Source: Bacteroidales bacterium (GTDB taxonomy: Bacteria; Bacteroidota; Bacteroidia; Bacteroidales; WCHB1-69). From it: 64,000 nucleotides of DNA. Location: the NCBI GenBank assembly GCA_045616665.1, contig JAZLHE010000044.1:1944-65943 (forward strand). The letters run 5' to 3'. Below, one piece after another: positions 37,417-47,285 of the stretch. The notes under the pieces are model-generated. The model made no database searches and was not told the origin of the DNA. It saw only the letters and a list, made by a program, of their open reading frames with translations. The position numbers and the translations under genes are program-made. Position 1 is the stretch's first letter. Each line of letters starts with the position of its first letter.

Positions 37417-38658
37417 ATGCCGCTTCAATTTAAAAGACACCTGCTTTCCAACGGTCTTCGCCTGATTGTTCATGAAGACCATACGACACCATTGGCTTCT
37501 TGCAACGTGGTGTATAATGTCGGTTCGCGTGACGAATCGCCCGAAATGACCGGTATGGCCCATCTCTTTGAACATTTTATGTTTACCGGTTCCAAAAATA
37601 TCGAGGATTATGATGCCCAACTCCAAAAAGTAGGTGCCATCAATAATGCCTATACCACCCAGGATATCACGCATTATTATATTACGTTGCCGGCCGTGAA
37701 TATCGAACACGCTTTGTGGTTGGAATCCGACCGGATGATGGAATTGGCTTTCCAACAATCCAAGTTGGATGTGCAAAAACAAGTGGTCATTGAAGAATTT
37801 AAAGAGAATTTTCTAAATCGTCCATACGGCGATATGTGGATGCTTTTCAATGAATTCTTTTTTCAGCAACATCCCTATCAATGGTTGCCTATTGGTAAGG
37901 AAATCAGTCATATAGAAAAAGTAACGATGGAAGATATGAAGAAGTTTTTCTATCATTTTTATCGTCCGAATAATGCGGTGCTGACGGTGTCTGGGAATGT
38001 CTGTTTTGAAGAAATTGTTCCTTTGGTTGAAAGGTGGTTCGGGGATATTCCATCCGGAGTTCCCGTGCATAAAAATTTCCCGAAAGAACTGCCGCAGTCA
38101 CAAAGCCGCTTTATGGAAGTGTCTCGAGATGTTCCTGCCGATATGCTCTTTAAGGCTTGGCCTACTTGCGGCCGTTTAGACCGGGATTTTTATGCATACG
38201 ATTTGTTGTCGGATCTGTTTGGTAGCGGACAGTCTTCATTTTTGTATAAAGAGCTGGTTCTTCAAAAGCATATTTTTACAGATATCAGTGCCTATGTGAC
38301 AGGAACACTTGATCCGGGCGCATTTGTCGTGGGCGGTCGGCCGGATGAAAATGTCAAAATTGAAGATGCAGATCAGATTTTGTGCGATTATTTGTATCAG
38401 CTTCCTGAAGATTATATTCAATCCGGGGATTTACAAAAGGTAAAGAATAGGGTAGAGTCGATTATTTTACAGAATGATATTAAGATTGAAGATCGTTCTT
38501 CATCGTTGGCCGTGTCGGAATGTTTCAGTTGTGTGGAGGATTTTAATGATGAAACGCAAAGATATTTTGCCGTGAGCGACGAACAGATCAATCATTTGTG
38601 TCGGCAATTGTTCCGGAAAGAACAGGAAACGACAATGTATTATCGAGGAAAGTCATAA
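37417..38658 (+). CDS. M16 family (pitrilysin/insulinase-like) peptidase
   Basis: ATG 37417. Inverted zinc motif HLFEH (HxxEH). Confidence 0.85.
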   Translation: MPLQFKRHLLSNGLRLIVHEDHTTPLASCNVVYNVGSRDESPEMTGMAHLFEHFMFTGSKNIEDYDAQLQKVGAINNAYTTQDITHYYITLPAVNIEHALWLESDRMMELAFQQSKLDVQKQVVIEEFKENFLNRPYGDMWMLFNEFFFQQHPYQWLPIGKEISHIEKVTMEDMKKFFYHFYRPNNAVLTVSGNVCFEEIVPLVERWFGDIPSGVPVHKNFPKELPQSQSRFMEVSRDVPADMLFKAWPTCGRLDRDFYAYDLLSDLFGSGQSSFLYKELVLQKHIFTDISAYVTGTLDPGAFVVGGRPDENVKIEDADQILCDYLYQLPEDYIQSGDLQKVKNRVESIILQNDIKIEDRSSSLAVSECFSCVEDFNDETQRYFAVSDEQINHLCRQLFRKEQETTMYYRGKS

Positions 38659-38692
38659 ATAATCGGAATCGTTTTGAAATTCGTTAAACATA

Positions 38693-38739
38693 GATACTGG
38701 GCAAAAGTTGTGTTTTTTTTCAAACTTTTGCCCAGTATC
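38693..38739 (+). repeat. 47-bp hairpin element, copy 1 (17-bp perfect stem, T8-containing loop)
   Basis: gatactgggcaaaagtt-gtgttttttttca-aacttttgcccagtatc. Identical to 40223-40269. Confidence 0.95.
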
Positions 38740-38746
38740 CATGTTT

Positions 38747-40171
38747 TTAGTTGAATATATCATTCAGATTTACAGTATGTTGGGCTAAATTGCTATATGA
38801 ATTTTCTATTAATCCAAATGTTGTAATGACGACAAACTGTATTCCCTTTTTGGAAGCGCTTTCTTCTTGAAAAACGTTACCTCTATTGATAATTTTGAAA
38901 TATTCGTTTTTCTTTAAAGAATAGAGTCCGTGTGAATATTTCATCTCGCAAATGTTGCAAATGTTATCTGCACGATCTATGACGAGGTCAATTTGAGCGC
39001 CGTGTTCGCTGTCTTTGCTTCGCCATGAATAATATTCAGAATGGATTCTATCGATGCCCAATGCTTTTTTGATTTGCCGGATGTGTGCCATGCATACTCT
39101 TTCGAATGCCAGTCCGTACCAATTGTTTTGTTTGGAACTGAGAAGTCCGTCTGACCAGAAATGGGCGTTTGTGCTTTTTTGTTTTGCGAAAGTCAGATAG
39201 AAAATGGTAAAAAAGTCAATGATTTGGTATAATCCTCCGTTGACCTTCGCTACTTTGCTAAAAGTGTTATATTGTCGAATAAATCCGCAGTTTTCCAAGT
39301 CTGAAAGCACGTTCCCAAAATGTCCGTTGTCCTTGAGTTTCAGTTTGTAGGCTAATTCTTTTCTGGAAATTCCGCTTTGACATTTGGCCAAAGTTTCTAC
39401 AACGTTGATGTAATGTTCTGGATTTTTGAATAGGGAGGCGTACAGCCGATTGTATTCCTGTTTTAATTCGGCATCTTCTGAAAAAAACAACTGGTCGATA
39501 TTGATGGCGGGACTTAATTTGACGTTTAGCAGACTTAGGTAATAGGGGATTCCGCCTAATGCCATATAGATGTGCAGAATATTGAGCCGACTCCATCTGG
39601 CTCCTTTACTTTTCAAGTATATTTCCGTTTCGCGAAGCGTGAAGGGGTGAAGACGTATCTCGTGGGTGAGCCGATTGTGTAGGCCACCGTGGTTGTTGAT
39701 GATGTTGCGCATAATCCACGAAGTGGCGGAACCGCATATAATGAAAAAGATACGGTTTTGTTTTGATGCCCAGCTGTTCCAAAAATAATCCAATGCGTGG
39801 ATAAATCCGGATTTTGTCGTGTCGAAGCATGGCAGTTCGTCAATAAATATGACACAACGTTTTTTTCCTCGTTTTAATTTTTCGGTAAGGAGCTCCCGCA
39901 AAGCACCGAAAAGTCCCATCCAGGTTTTCGGACAACTCTTTTTATAACCGTACATAACCAACGAAGTGTAAAAAGCCTCAACTTCTTCTTCTTTTTTTCC
40001 TCCGATGATGCCGGAAGTGGAAAACGCATAGTTGCATTTGAAAAAAGAGTCTATCAAAAAAGTTTTTCCCACACGTCTGCGCCCGTAAACAGCGACAAAT
40101 TCGGCCTTGCCAGACTGCATGTATTGAGTCAGTTTGTCCTGTTCCCCACTACGTCCTATTAGTTGATTCAT
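38747..40171 (-). CDS. Orphan ATPase (archaeal-type AAA ATPase + DUF234-like C-terminus)
   Basis: Start at MNQLIGRSGEQDKL (ATG 40171), 20 nt after a -7 box. Walker A GRRRVGKTF and Walker B VIFIDELP. AT-rich. Confidence 0.75.
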   Translation of the reverse strand: MNQLIGRSGEQDKLTQYMQSGKAEFVAVYGRRRVGKTFLIDSFFKCNYAFSTSGIIGGKKEEEVEAFYTSLVMYGYKKSCPKTWMGLFGALRELLTEKLKRGKKRCVIFIDELPCFDTTKSGFIHALDYFWNSWASKQNRIFFIICGSATSWIMRNIINNHGGLHNRLTHEIRLHPFTLRETEIYLKSKGARWSRLNILHIYMALGGIPYYLSLLNVKLSPAINIDQLFFSEDAELKQEYNRLYASLFKNPEHYINVVETLAKCQSGISRKELAYKLKLKDNGHFGNVLSDLENCGFIRQYNTFSKVAKVNGGLYQIIDFFTIFYLTFAKQKSTNAHFWSDGLLSSKQNNWYGLAFERVCMAHIRQIKKALGIDRIHSEYYSWRSKDSEHGAQIDLVIDRADNICNICEMKYSHGLYSLKKNEYFKIINRGNVFQEESASKKGIQFVVITTFGLIENSYSNLAQHTVNLNDIFN

Positions 40172-40190
40172 ATTTGTATATTTGGTGACG

Positions 40191-40198
40191 CAAAAATA
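40191..40198 (-). promoter_or_regulatory. -7 box (TATTTTTG on minus strand) for the DUF234-type ATPase
   Basis: The reverse complement of caaaaata matches TAnnTTTG. It lies inside the region bracketed by the 47-bp repeats. Confidence 0.5.
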
Positions 40199-40222
40199 CA
40201 AATTAATCCGTATAAAAACTAC

Positions 40223-40269
40223 GATACTGGGCAAAAGTTGTGTTTTTTTTCAAACTTTTGCCCAGTATC
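40223..40269 (+). repeat. 47-bp hairpin element, copy 2
   Basis: Base-for-base identical to 38693-38739, in the same orientation (the asymmetric loop reads the same). Confidence 0.95.
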
Positions 40270-40365
40270 TGGAAAATAAATTTGCATATTTTGTTGATTT
40301 ATAGTATTTTATGATTTTTTGAAATTTTAAAATCAAATATCGAAAATCAAACAAAATTAGTCTTG

Positions 40366-41469
40366 TCATATTGATAAAATCTCATTGACGATCAAATCAA
40401 TAGCATCTGGTTTGGCCAATTTGAGAATGTTTTCTCCCAAACTTTGGCATTTGGCCTCATCCTGGATTAACGCAAGCAATTGATCCATAAGTTGGGTTTC
40501 CGCCTGACTGTCTGGAATCAAGATGGCCGCATCCTTATCTACCAACGCCTGCGCATTTTTTGTCTGGTGGTCTTCGGCCGCGAAGGGGAACGGCACTAAA
40601 ATCGTAGGAGCTCCCACAACGCATAATTCGGCAATGGCCAAGGCACCGGCGCGGGAAACAATGATGTCGGCCATACTGTAGGCGTCGTTCATATTCTTGA
40701 TGAAAGGCACGATTTTGATGCGTTCGTTTTGGCGGGCCAGCAGTTCGGGTGAAATGGTTTTGTAGAACAATTCTCCCGTTTGCCACAGAACCTGTACGCC
40801 CATTTGGTCCAGTCGGTCCAGACCTTTTTCCATACACTTGTTGATGGTTTTGGCGCCGAGACTTCCGCCGACGACTAAAATAGTCTTTTTTTCTTTAGAA
40901 AAGCCAAAATACTCGTATGCTTTGTCGTCTTTGCGTTTCATATTCAAGATTTCGGCACGAATGGGATTCCCGGTCATTACGATTTTGTCGGCTGGGAAGT
41001 ACTTGTCTAAGCCATCGTATGCAACACAAATCTTTTTTGCTTCTTTAGCCAAGATCTTATTGGTTACGCCAGGATAGGAGTTCTGTTCCTGCAATAGGGT
41101 GGGAATGTCTAAGCTGTTGGCGGCTTTCAAGGCAGGACCGCTGGCAAATCCACCAACACCGATAGCCATATCGGGTTTGAAGTTGCGGATGATTTCCTTG
41201 GCGTGGCGCAAAGTCTTGAGCAACAAAAATGGAAGCTTGATATTGCTCAGAACGGCTTTGGGCGAGAAACTCCGGTTGATACCGTAAACATCCAACCCTT
41301 CGATGGGATAGCCGGCTTCCGGCACGCGTTTCATTTCCATTTTTCCATTGGCGCCGATGAACAGGATGTCGGCATCGGGGATGGCTTTCTTTAATCCGTT
41401 GGCAATGGCGAGGGCTGGAAATATATGGCCGCCGGTTCCGCCACCTGATATGATAAATCTCTTTTTCAT
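40366..41469 (-). CDS. murG: Undecaprenyldiphospho-muramoylpentapeptide beta-N-acetylglucosaminyltransferase
   Basis: Start at MKKRFIISGGGTGGHIFPA (ATG 41469). GT28 N- and C-domains. The longer ORF would overlap guaA. Confidence 0.88.
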   Translation of the reverse strand: MKKRFIISGGGTGGHIFPALAIANGLKKAIPDADILFIGANGKMEMKRVPEAGYPIEGLDVYGINRSFSPKAVLSNIKLPFLLLKTLRHAKEIIRNFKPDMAIGVGGFASGPALKAANSLDIPTLLQEQNSYPGVTNKILAKEAKKICVAYDGLDKYFPADKIVMTGNPIRAEILNMKRKDDKAYEYFGFSKEKKTILVVGGSLGAKTINKCMEKGLDRLDQMGVQVLWQTGELFYKTISPELLARQNERIKIVPFIKNMNDAYSMADIIVSRAGALAIAELCVVGAPTILVPFPFAAEDHQTKNAQALVDKDAAILIPDSQAETQLMDQLLALIQDEAKCQSLGENILKLAKPDAIDLIVNEILSI

Positions 41470-41530
41470 TGTTCTTTTTACTAAATATGAATATTTAGGA
41501 TAGTTAAAGTATAAGCGAAAAGGCAGGAGT

Positions 41531-43135
41531 TTACTCCCACTCAATTGTTGCGGGTGGTTTGGAACTGATGTCGTAGCATACGCGGTTAACGCCTTTCACC
41601 TTGTTGATGATGTCGTTTGACACCTTGGCCATAAATTCGTAGGGCAGGTGAGCCCAGTCTGCGGTCATCGCATCGGTGCTGGTAACGGCACGCAGGGCAA
41701 CGGCACGTTCGTAGGTGCGTTCGTCTCCCATCACGCCTACACTCTTGATGGGCAGCAAAATCACACCGGCTTGCCAGATCTGGTCGTACAACGAAACCTC
41801 AATTTCGCCATTGGTCATATTGGCGGGAACACCGGCAGCCAAAACCTTGCGGGCTTCTTCACCGCTCAACTTGATTTTCCAGTCGCGAAGACCCTGGATG
41901 AAAATATCGTCGGCATCTTGCAGTACGCGGACTTTCTCTCGGGTGATGTCGCCCAGAATTCTTACGGCCAAGCCGGGACCTGGGAACGGATGCCGGGTGA
42001 TGAGATGTTCAGGCATACCCAATTGGCGACCCACACGGCGAACTTCGTCCTTAAACAGCCATTTTAACGGCTCGCATAATTTCAAATTCATCTTTTCGGG
42101 AAGGCCTCCCACGTTGTGGTGGCTTTTGATGACCATGCCGGTGATGCTCAAACTCTCAATCCTGTCGGGATAGATAGTTCCTTGGGCCAACCACTTGGCA
42201 TCGGTGATCTTTTGGGCTTCGGCATTGAAAACGTCGATGAAGCCAGCTCCGATGATTTTGCGCTTGCGTTCGGGATCGGTAACGCCTTCCAATTCCTTGA
42301 AGAATTTCTCGGAAGCGTCAACGCCAATGACATTGAGTCCGAGGCATTCGTAATCGCGCATCACGTTCTCAAATTCGTTTTTGCGCAACAGACCGTGATC
42401 GACGAAAATACAAGTCAGGTTCTTGCCGATGGCTTTGTTGAGCAGGACTGCGCAGACGGATGAATCCACGCCGCCGCTCAAACCTAATATTACGCGGTCG
42501 TTGCCGATTTGAGCTTTGAGTTCTGCAACCGTGGTTTCCACGAAGGAGGCAGGACTCCAACTTTGATGTCCACCGCAAATATCTACCACGAAATTTTTCA
42601 GCAGCAGGCTTCCCTGTACGGAGTGGAAAACTTCGGGATGGAATTGCACACCCCATACTTGTTCTCCGTCAAACTGGTAAGCGGCAAATTCCACCTTGTC
42701 GGTGGAGGCAATCTTGTGGCAGTTGGCAGGCAGTGCGGTAATGGTGTCGCCGTGGCTCATCCAAACTTGTGAATGGGCATTGAAACCCTTGAAAAGCGGA
42801 TTGTCTTGTTCAAAATAGCTCAGGTTGGCACGACCGTATTCGCGGCTGCCGGCGGGTTCAACCTTGCCGCCGTTGGTGTGCGACATATATTGGGCTCCGT
42901 AGCAAATGCCTAAAATAGGATATCTGCCGCGAATCTTGGACAAGTCGATGTGAAACGCCTTTTCGTCATAAACGCTGAAAGGCGAACCGCTCAGAATCAC
43001 GCCGATGATGTCGGGATCGTTTTCTGGAAATTTGTTGTAAGGAACGATTTCGCAGAACATATCCAATTCGCGAACACGCCGTCCGATAAGCTGAGTGGTC
43101 TGTGAACCGAAGTCGAGAATGATGATTTTCTCCAT
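41531..43135 (-). CDS. guaA: GMP synthase (glutamine-hydrolysing)
   Basis: Start at [12 protein letters not shown]. GATase ICYGAQ, PP-loop SGGVDSS, and C-terminal ...PPATIEWE. Confidence 0.96.
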   Translation of the reverse strand: MEKIIILDFGSQTTQLIGRRVRELDMFCEIVPYNKFPENDPDIIGVILSGSPFSVYDEKAFHIDLSKIRGRYPILGICYGAQYMSHTNGGKVEPAGSREYGRANLSYFEQDNPLFKGFNAHSQVWMSHGDTITALPANCHKIASTDKVEFAAYQFDGEQVWGVQFHPEVFHSVQGSLLLKNFVVDICGGHQSWSPASFVETTVAELKAQIGNDRVILGLSGGVDSSVCAVLLNKAIGKNLTCIFVDHGLLRKNEFENVMRDYECLGLNVIGVDASEKFFKELEGVTDPERKRKIIGAGFIDVFNAEAQKITDAKWLAQGTIYPDRIESLSITGMVIKSHHNVGGLPEKMNLKLCEPLKWLFKDEVRRVGRQLGMPEHLITRHPFPGPGLAVRILGDITREKVRVLQDADDIFIQGLRDWKIKLSGEEARKVLAAGVPANMTNGEIEVSLYDQIWQAGVILLPIKSVGVMGDERTYERAVALRAVTSTDAMTADWAHLPYEFMAKVSNDIINKVKGVNRVCYDISSKPPATIEWE

Positions 43136-43262
43136 ATAGATTGTATTATAATTTATACTAAATAACAAATTACAAATATACGGAATTTTTTTAGACTTGA
43201 TATACTTTTGATTTTTTTTCGATAATTCCGAATCCGTATCTTGTCAATTGAAAAAAAAGTTG

Positions 43263-43270
43263 TATTTTTG
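43263..43270 (+). promoter_or_regulatory. -7 box TATTTTTG for tRNA-Leu
   Basis: Matches TAnnTTTG, 14 nt upstream of the tRNA 5' end. Confidence 0.5.
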
Positions 43271-43283
43271 CACCCGCATTTAA

Positions 43284-43365
43284 GCCCGGGTGGCGGAATT
43301 GGTAGACGCGTACGTTTCAGGTGCGTATATCGCAAGATGTGCAGGTTCAAGTCCTGTTCCGGGCA
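43284..43365 (+). tRNA. tRNA-Leu (anticodon CAG), long variable arm
   Basis: Hand fold: acceptor gcccggg/tccgggc, anticodon arm tacgt-ttCAGgt-gcgta, long variable arm tatcgcaagatgtgc, T-arm with ggttcaagtcc. Confidence 0.88.
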
Positions 43366-43370
43366 CTTAA

Positions 43371-43409
43371 AAAAAAGAAGGATTCGCTGATGAATCCTTC
43401 TTCTTTTTT
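43371..43409 (+). terminator. Terminator hairpin after tRNA-Leu
   Basis: gaaggattc-gctgat-gaatccttc followed by ttcttttttt. Confidence 0.6.
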
Positions 43410-43411
43410 AC

Positions 43412-43450
43412 AAAAAAAAAAGCTGCCTCGAAAGACAGCTTTTTCTTTTT
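43412..43450 (-). terminator. Terminator hairpin after the HU gene
   Basis: On the minus strand: gctgtc-tttcga-ggcagc followed by a T10 run. Confidence 0.55.
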
Positions 43451-43468
43451 TTGTTTAATCTCTGCTTA

Positions 43469-43732
43469 TTAGAGAGCCATTTTTGAGCCAGCTTTGAATT
43501 TGGCAACTTTCTTTGCAGCGATCTTGATGGTCTTGCCAGTTTTTGGGTTGCGGCCTTTTCTTGCAGCACGTTGCATTGATGAGAATGTACCAAAACCAAT
43601 CAAAGTAACTTTGTCACCTTTTTTCAAAGTGTCGATAGTGGTTTCCATCATAGCTTCTAATGCCTTGCCAGCGTCAACTTTTGTTAAACCAGCTTTTTCA
43701 GCCATAGCGTCGATTAATTCTGCTTTGTTCAT
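43469..43732 (-). CDS. hup: HU family DNA-binding protein
   Basis: 87 aa. MNKAELIDAMAEKAGLTK...GFGTF...RNPKTG signature. Confidence 0.93.
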   Translation of the reverse strand: MNKAELIDAMAEKAGLTKVDAGKALEAMMETTIDTLKKGDKVTLIGFGTFSSMQRAARKGRNPKTGKTIKIAAKKVAKFKAGSKMAL

Positions 43733-43774
43733 AGTCTAAAAATTTTTAGGGTTAGTGAATAATTAATTACACTG

Positions 43775-43782
43775 CAAAAATA
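43775..43782 (-). promoter_or_regulatory. -7 box (TATTTTTG on minus strand) for HU
   Basis: The reverse complement of caaaaata matches TAnnTTTG. Confidence 0.45.
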
Positions 43783-43863
43783 GTTATTTTTAGATAAATA
43801 GCAAGTCTTTTTTGAAAAAAAACACTTAAAATCGCATTTTTTACATATATTTAACTATTTTTC

Positions 43864-44334
43864 TTAGTTTTTGCGGATATTGCAGCTCCCGTGATTGCCC
43901 GAACAACCCGATTTATGGTGTCCACAGTGGTCGTGATCACAGCCGTCGCCGTGGGCGGCTTTCTTCTCAACTTGGCAGCAGGCGGGCAGTTTCGCTCTCG
44001 CGGCGGCATCGGCTTTGACATTGTCGGCGTTGTATCCTAATTTGCTAATCTGTTGACGAAGTTGGTCGGGACTGGTTTTCTTGGAGTCGTAGGTGATCGT
44101 CATCTTTGATGTCTTGCTGTCGTATGAATAGTCCTTCACTCCTTTGAAAAATGGAACGTTCTCCCTGAACAGGTTCTCGCATTTCTCGCAAACCCCGTTG
44201 GTCTGGATAACTACTTTCTGAATGGTCGTGGTCTGTGCCGACTTGCTTTGTACGTTGCCAGCTGTCTTTACATTTTGTGCACCAGCAGTCATTCCCATAA
44301 TGACGGCTAAAACTAAAATTGCTAATTTTTTCAT
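43864..44334 (-). CDS. Secreted heavy-metal-associated (HMA)-like protein with Cys/His-rich C-terminal tail
   Basis: Signal peptide. NGVCEKC (CxxC) in a ferredoxin-like HMA context. Tail LPACCQ...HGDGCDHDHCGHHKSGCSGNHGSC. Confidence 0.7.
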   Translation of the reverse strand: MKKLAILVLAVIMGMTAGAQNVKTAGNVQSKSAQTTTIQKVVIQTNGVCEKCENLFRENVPFFKGVKDYSYDSKTSKMTITYDSKKTSPDQLRQQISKLGYNADNVKADAAARAKLPACCQVEKKAAHGDGCDHDHCGHHKSGCSGNHGSCNIRKN

Positions 44335-44377
44335 TTTTTTTGTTTTAAGTTGATATTGTTGTTTAATATTATATTGT

Positions 44378-46681
44378 TTATTTCATTGAATATCTAAATC
44401 CTATATAGCCCATAATGCCGGTAATGGGGCTGTGGATGATGGAGGCATCGAAATATTCTCCGTAGGGATTATCGGCGGAAATGATGGGGTTGGCTTGCTT
44501 TTGGTTCGCCAAATTCTCTCCTCCGATATAGAATTCCCACGATTTGTATTTCTTGGTGATTTGCGCATTCAGCATAAAGTAACCTTTCGATGGCGTCGGT
44601 TGGTATTCAACAGAATTCGAACTCATATCGGGCAGACGCATTTTGCTATGATACTGTAAACTCACGTTGAATTTCCACTTGTCGTACTTCGTGGCATAAC
44701 TTAAACTGATAAGGGCTTTGTGGGGACTGGTGAGGGCCTTGTCTTGCAAAATGTGATTGGTGGTCTGTTTTACCAGATTGTATCTATAGGCCAAGATGAT
44801 TTCAAATCGCTGGATGGGATTCAGGATAAGTTCGGCTTGGGCTGAATGAGAATACGACTTGTTGCCTTTGCCGTTGAAATTACCGTTGAGGTTATAGACG
44901 TGAATGCTGTGAATGTCCTGATCCATATCGATGATGGTCTGATTGATAAAATGAGTATAATAGTAGTCTATGCTGAAAGTGGATTTGCCACCCGGCATAT
45001 CAAAGCTTTGCACGAAACTAACCCCGGCGTTGTAGGCTTCCTCGGGAAGGAGGCCTTTGTTGAGGTCGGCCTTGTCGCCCTGGGCATCGTCAAAGACAAA
45101 GTCGCGGTTGCTGATAAGCAGGGATTGGTTTTCGGTGATGACATTGGAAACGCGATAGCCCTTGCCAGCCGAGAAACGGAAGGAACTGTTCTTGCTGGCT
45201 TGCCACTTGATGTGTAAGCGGGGCGTCCAAAAGAGCTTGTTGTAGGCAACATTGTAATCCAAGCGAATGCCGGGCATCACCACGAGTTTGTCTTCAATAG
45301 AGTAGGAGTATTCGGCAAAAATACCCGGAACCAATTCGTTCCGTTTGATGTTCTGACTTGCGGCGGCTTGGTCGGCAAGGAGTCTCGTGGATAAAAATTC
45401 GTTTACAAAATCCATCTGGAAACTTGCGCCTGCAGTGAGCTTGCTGCGCTCCAACGCACCAAAACGGTTGGAATACAGTATGTTGGCGTATCCGCTGATT
45501 TGTCTTCCCTTGTAGGGACGGTCGCCAAATTGGGAAACGTTGTCGTGAAAGGTGAATGACAGGATGGTACCGATGCTTTCGTGTTCGCCGGCCAATAAGA
45601 ATCCGTTTTTCGTCGTAATATCCAATTTATTGGTCTTGATGCGCATACCCCAAAGTCCTTCAGATAGGGTTTCACCGATGCTTTTCTTCGGATCGAAGTG
45701 CATTTGTCCGCCTATGCGGTCTTCAAACAGGTAGCTAATCCAGGTCCTGCCTTCAAATTTGCCGGGAACATCGTAATCCCAGCGGTTCATCAGGTTGATT
45801 TGGTAGTTTTGCGGAACATCCATAAATCCGTCCTTGTTCATATCGACCTTGGCAAATTGTCCTTCGCCGTGGGCTAAAATCATAGAAGACGCGTGACCGG
45901 ATTTGCCCACATTGAATCGGCTGTTGAGGTTGAATTCGCCTTTGCCCATCGTGTTGCCAAAAAGATTGACGAACAGTCGTTCACGGTTGGTTTCAGGCTT
46001 TTTGTATTCTACGTCAATCTGTCCCGAAATGGCTTCATAGCCGTTGGTGACGGAAGCAACGCCTTTGGATACGCTAATGCTTTCCATCCAGGTGCCGGGA
46101 ACAAAACCCAAACCGAATTGGTTGGAAAGCAGACGCACGAAAGGTACGTTTTCCAGCAAGATCTGCGAATAGATGCCGGCTAAACCCAACATCGAAATTT
46201 GCTTGGCGCCTGTGACCGCGTCTGAATACTCCACGTCAACGGCTACCGTGCTTTCAAAGCTCTCTGCCAGGTTGCAGCAGGCAGCCTTGCGCAATCCTTG
46301 CGTCGTGATGACGGTGGTGAGAATCGGCTTGACGGAAACATACGAACCGTCGTGGGCACTCACATTGACAGCGGCGAGGTTATGGGCGGAAGATAAGACA
46401 ATGTTGAGTTCCTTTTGATCCTTGGGAACGTAAATGGTGTCGTTGTCGTAGGCTTGGTAAATCACTAATAACGTGTCGGTTTGGGAACTTCTGGCCAAAG
46501 TGAATTGTCCTTCGGCATTGGTGGTGGTACCTAAATCCGTGCCTTTCCACTGTAAAATGGCCCCAATTATCAAACTCTCCTGCTGGTTGTCATCAATTTC
46601 CTTGACATAACCGGTAAGTTCCTGTGCCGAAATTTGGCATAGGGTAAAGATCAGGAGAAATATAATTGAAATTTTTTTCAT
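44378..46681 (-). CDS. TonB-dependent receptor (CarboxypepD_reg + plug + barrel)
   Basis: 767 aa with a signal peptide, an N-terminal carboxypeptidase-regulatory-like domain, and plug/barrel-like sequence. Confidence 0.85.
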   Translation of the reverse strand: MKKISIIFLLIFTLCQISAQELTGYVKEIDDNQQESLIIGAILQWKGTDLGTTTNAEGQFTLARSSQTDTLLVIYQAYDNDTIYVPKDQKELNIVLSSAHNLAAVNVSAHDGSYVSVKPILTTVITTQGLRKAACCNLAESFESTVAVDVEYSDAVTGAKQISMLGLAGIYSQILLENVPFVRLLSNQFGLGFVPGTWMESISVSKGVASVTNGYEAISGQIDVEYKKPETNRERLFVNLFGNTMGKGEFNLNSRFNVGKSGHASSMILAHGEGQFAKVDMNKDGFMDVPQNYQINLMNRWDYDVPGKFEGRTWISYLFEDRIGGQMHFDPKKSIGETLSEGLWGMRIKTNKLDITTKNGFLLAGEHESIGTILSFTFHDNVSQFGDRPYKGRQISGYANILYSNRFGALERSKLTAGASFQMDFVNEFLSTRLLADQAAASQNIKRNELVPGIFAEYSYSIEDKLVVMPGIRLDYNVAYNKLFWTPRLHIKWQASKNSSFRFSAGKGYRVSNVITENQSLLISNRDFVFDDAQGDKADLNKGLLPEEAYNAGVSFVQSFDMPGGKSTFSIDYYYTHFINQTIIDMDQDIHSIHVYNLNGNFNGKGNKSYSHSAQAELILNPIQRFEIILAYRYNLVKQTTNHILQDKALTSPHKALISLSYATKYDKWKFNVSLQYHSKMRLPDMSSNSVEYQPTPSKGYFMLNAQITKKYKSWEFYIGGENLANQKQANPIISADNPYGEYFDASIIHSPITGIMGYIGFRYSMK

Positions 46682-46777
46682 CGCATTAATATATAATATT
46701 GACTATAATTGATATAAAATGTTTAATGGTTGTCATTTTTTTTATGATGATAACTCGGATAAAATCAATTTTATCAA

Positions 46778-47149
46778 TTAGATACGATGAACGGAAATAA
46801 AATTGAAAATGTTTTGGTTTTCTATAAGCAGTGGCGGCGGAAAATGGTCGCTATAACGGATGATATTCGTAATATGGAGGGTTTGACAAAAGTCAATGAG
46901 TCCGATCGATGGGGTGAAAAGGCAAATGACAGCAGCGGAAGCCACCTGTTGGATGTCACTGATATCGTAATTGTCGGTGATTTTGAAAAAATAGGTGTTC
47001 TCGTGACAATGTCTGTGATCGTTGGTGGCGTGATGATGAGCGTGGCAGCAGTGGTGAACGGTGATGACCAATCCCGAGGAATAGACGAGAAATAATGTCA
47101 TTATGAGTAGGGTGGTTACGCTCTTAAAAATCCACTGTTTCATATTCAT
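46778..47149 (-). CDS. Small membrane-anchored His/Cys-rich protein
   Basis: 123 aa. One N-terminal TM helix, then VHHCCHAHHHATNDHRHCH. First gene of the TonB-receptor cluster. Confidence 0.55.
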   Translation of the reverse strand: MNMKQWIFKSVTTLLIMTLFLVYSSGLVITVHHCCHAHHHATNDHRHCHENTYFFKITDNYDISDIQQVASAAVICLFTPSIGLIDFCQTLHITNIIRYSDHFPPPLLIENQNIFNFISVHRI

Positions 47150-47277
47150 TGAAAATGATGGGGCAAAGATACGAAAAAAATGGGAAATGGAGATTATTTG
47201 TCCTATTACTAGTTGAATCTAAATCTATATACTCATCTATCCGAAGTGAAAATGTGTTGTCTTATAAGAATTTTTAT

Positions 47278-47285
47278 TATTTTTG
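47278..47285 (+). promoter_or_regulatory. -7 box TATTTTTG for the HExxH protein gene
   Basis: Matches TAnnTTTG, 22 nt upstream of ATG 47308. Argues against the ORF-track start at 47149. Confidence 0.5.

Noticed and set aside
40270-40365. AT-rich palindromic stretch (tgatttt...aaaatca) between murG and the 47-bp hairpin
   Set aside because: It is a low-complexity AT sequence and could be a weak murG terminator. It is not distinctive enough to annotate. I note it because it weakens the idea that the 47-bp hairpin is the sole murG terminator.
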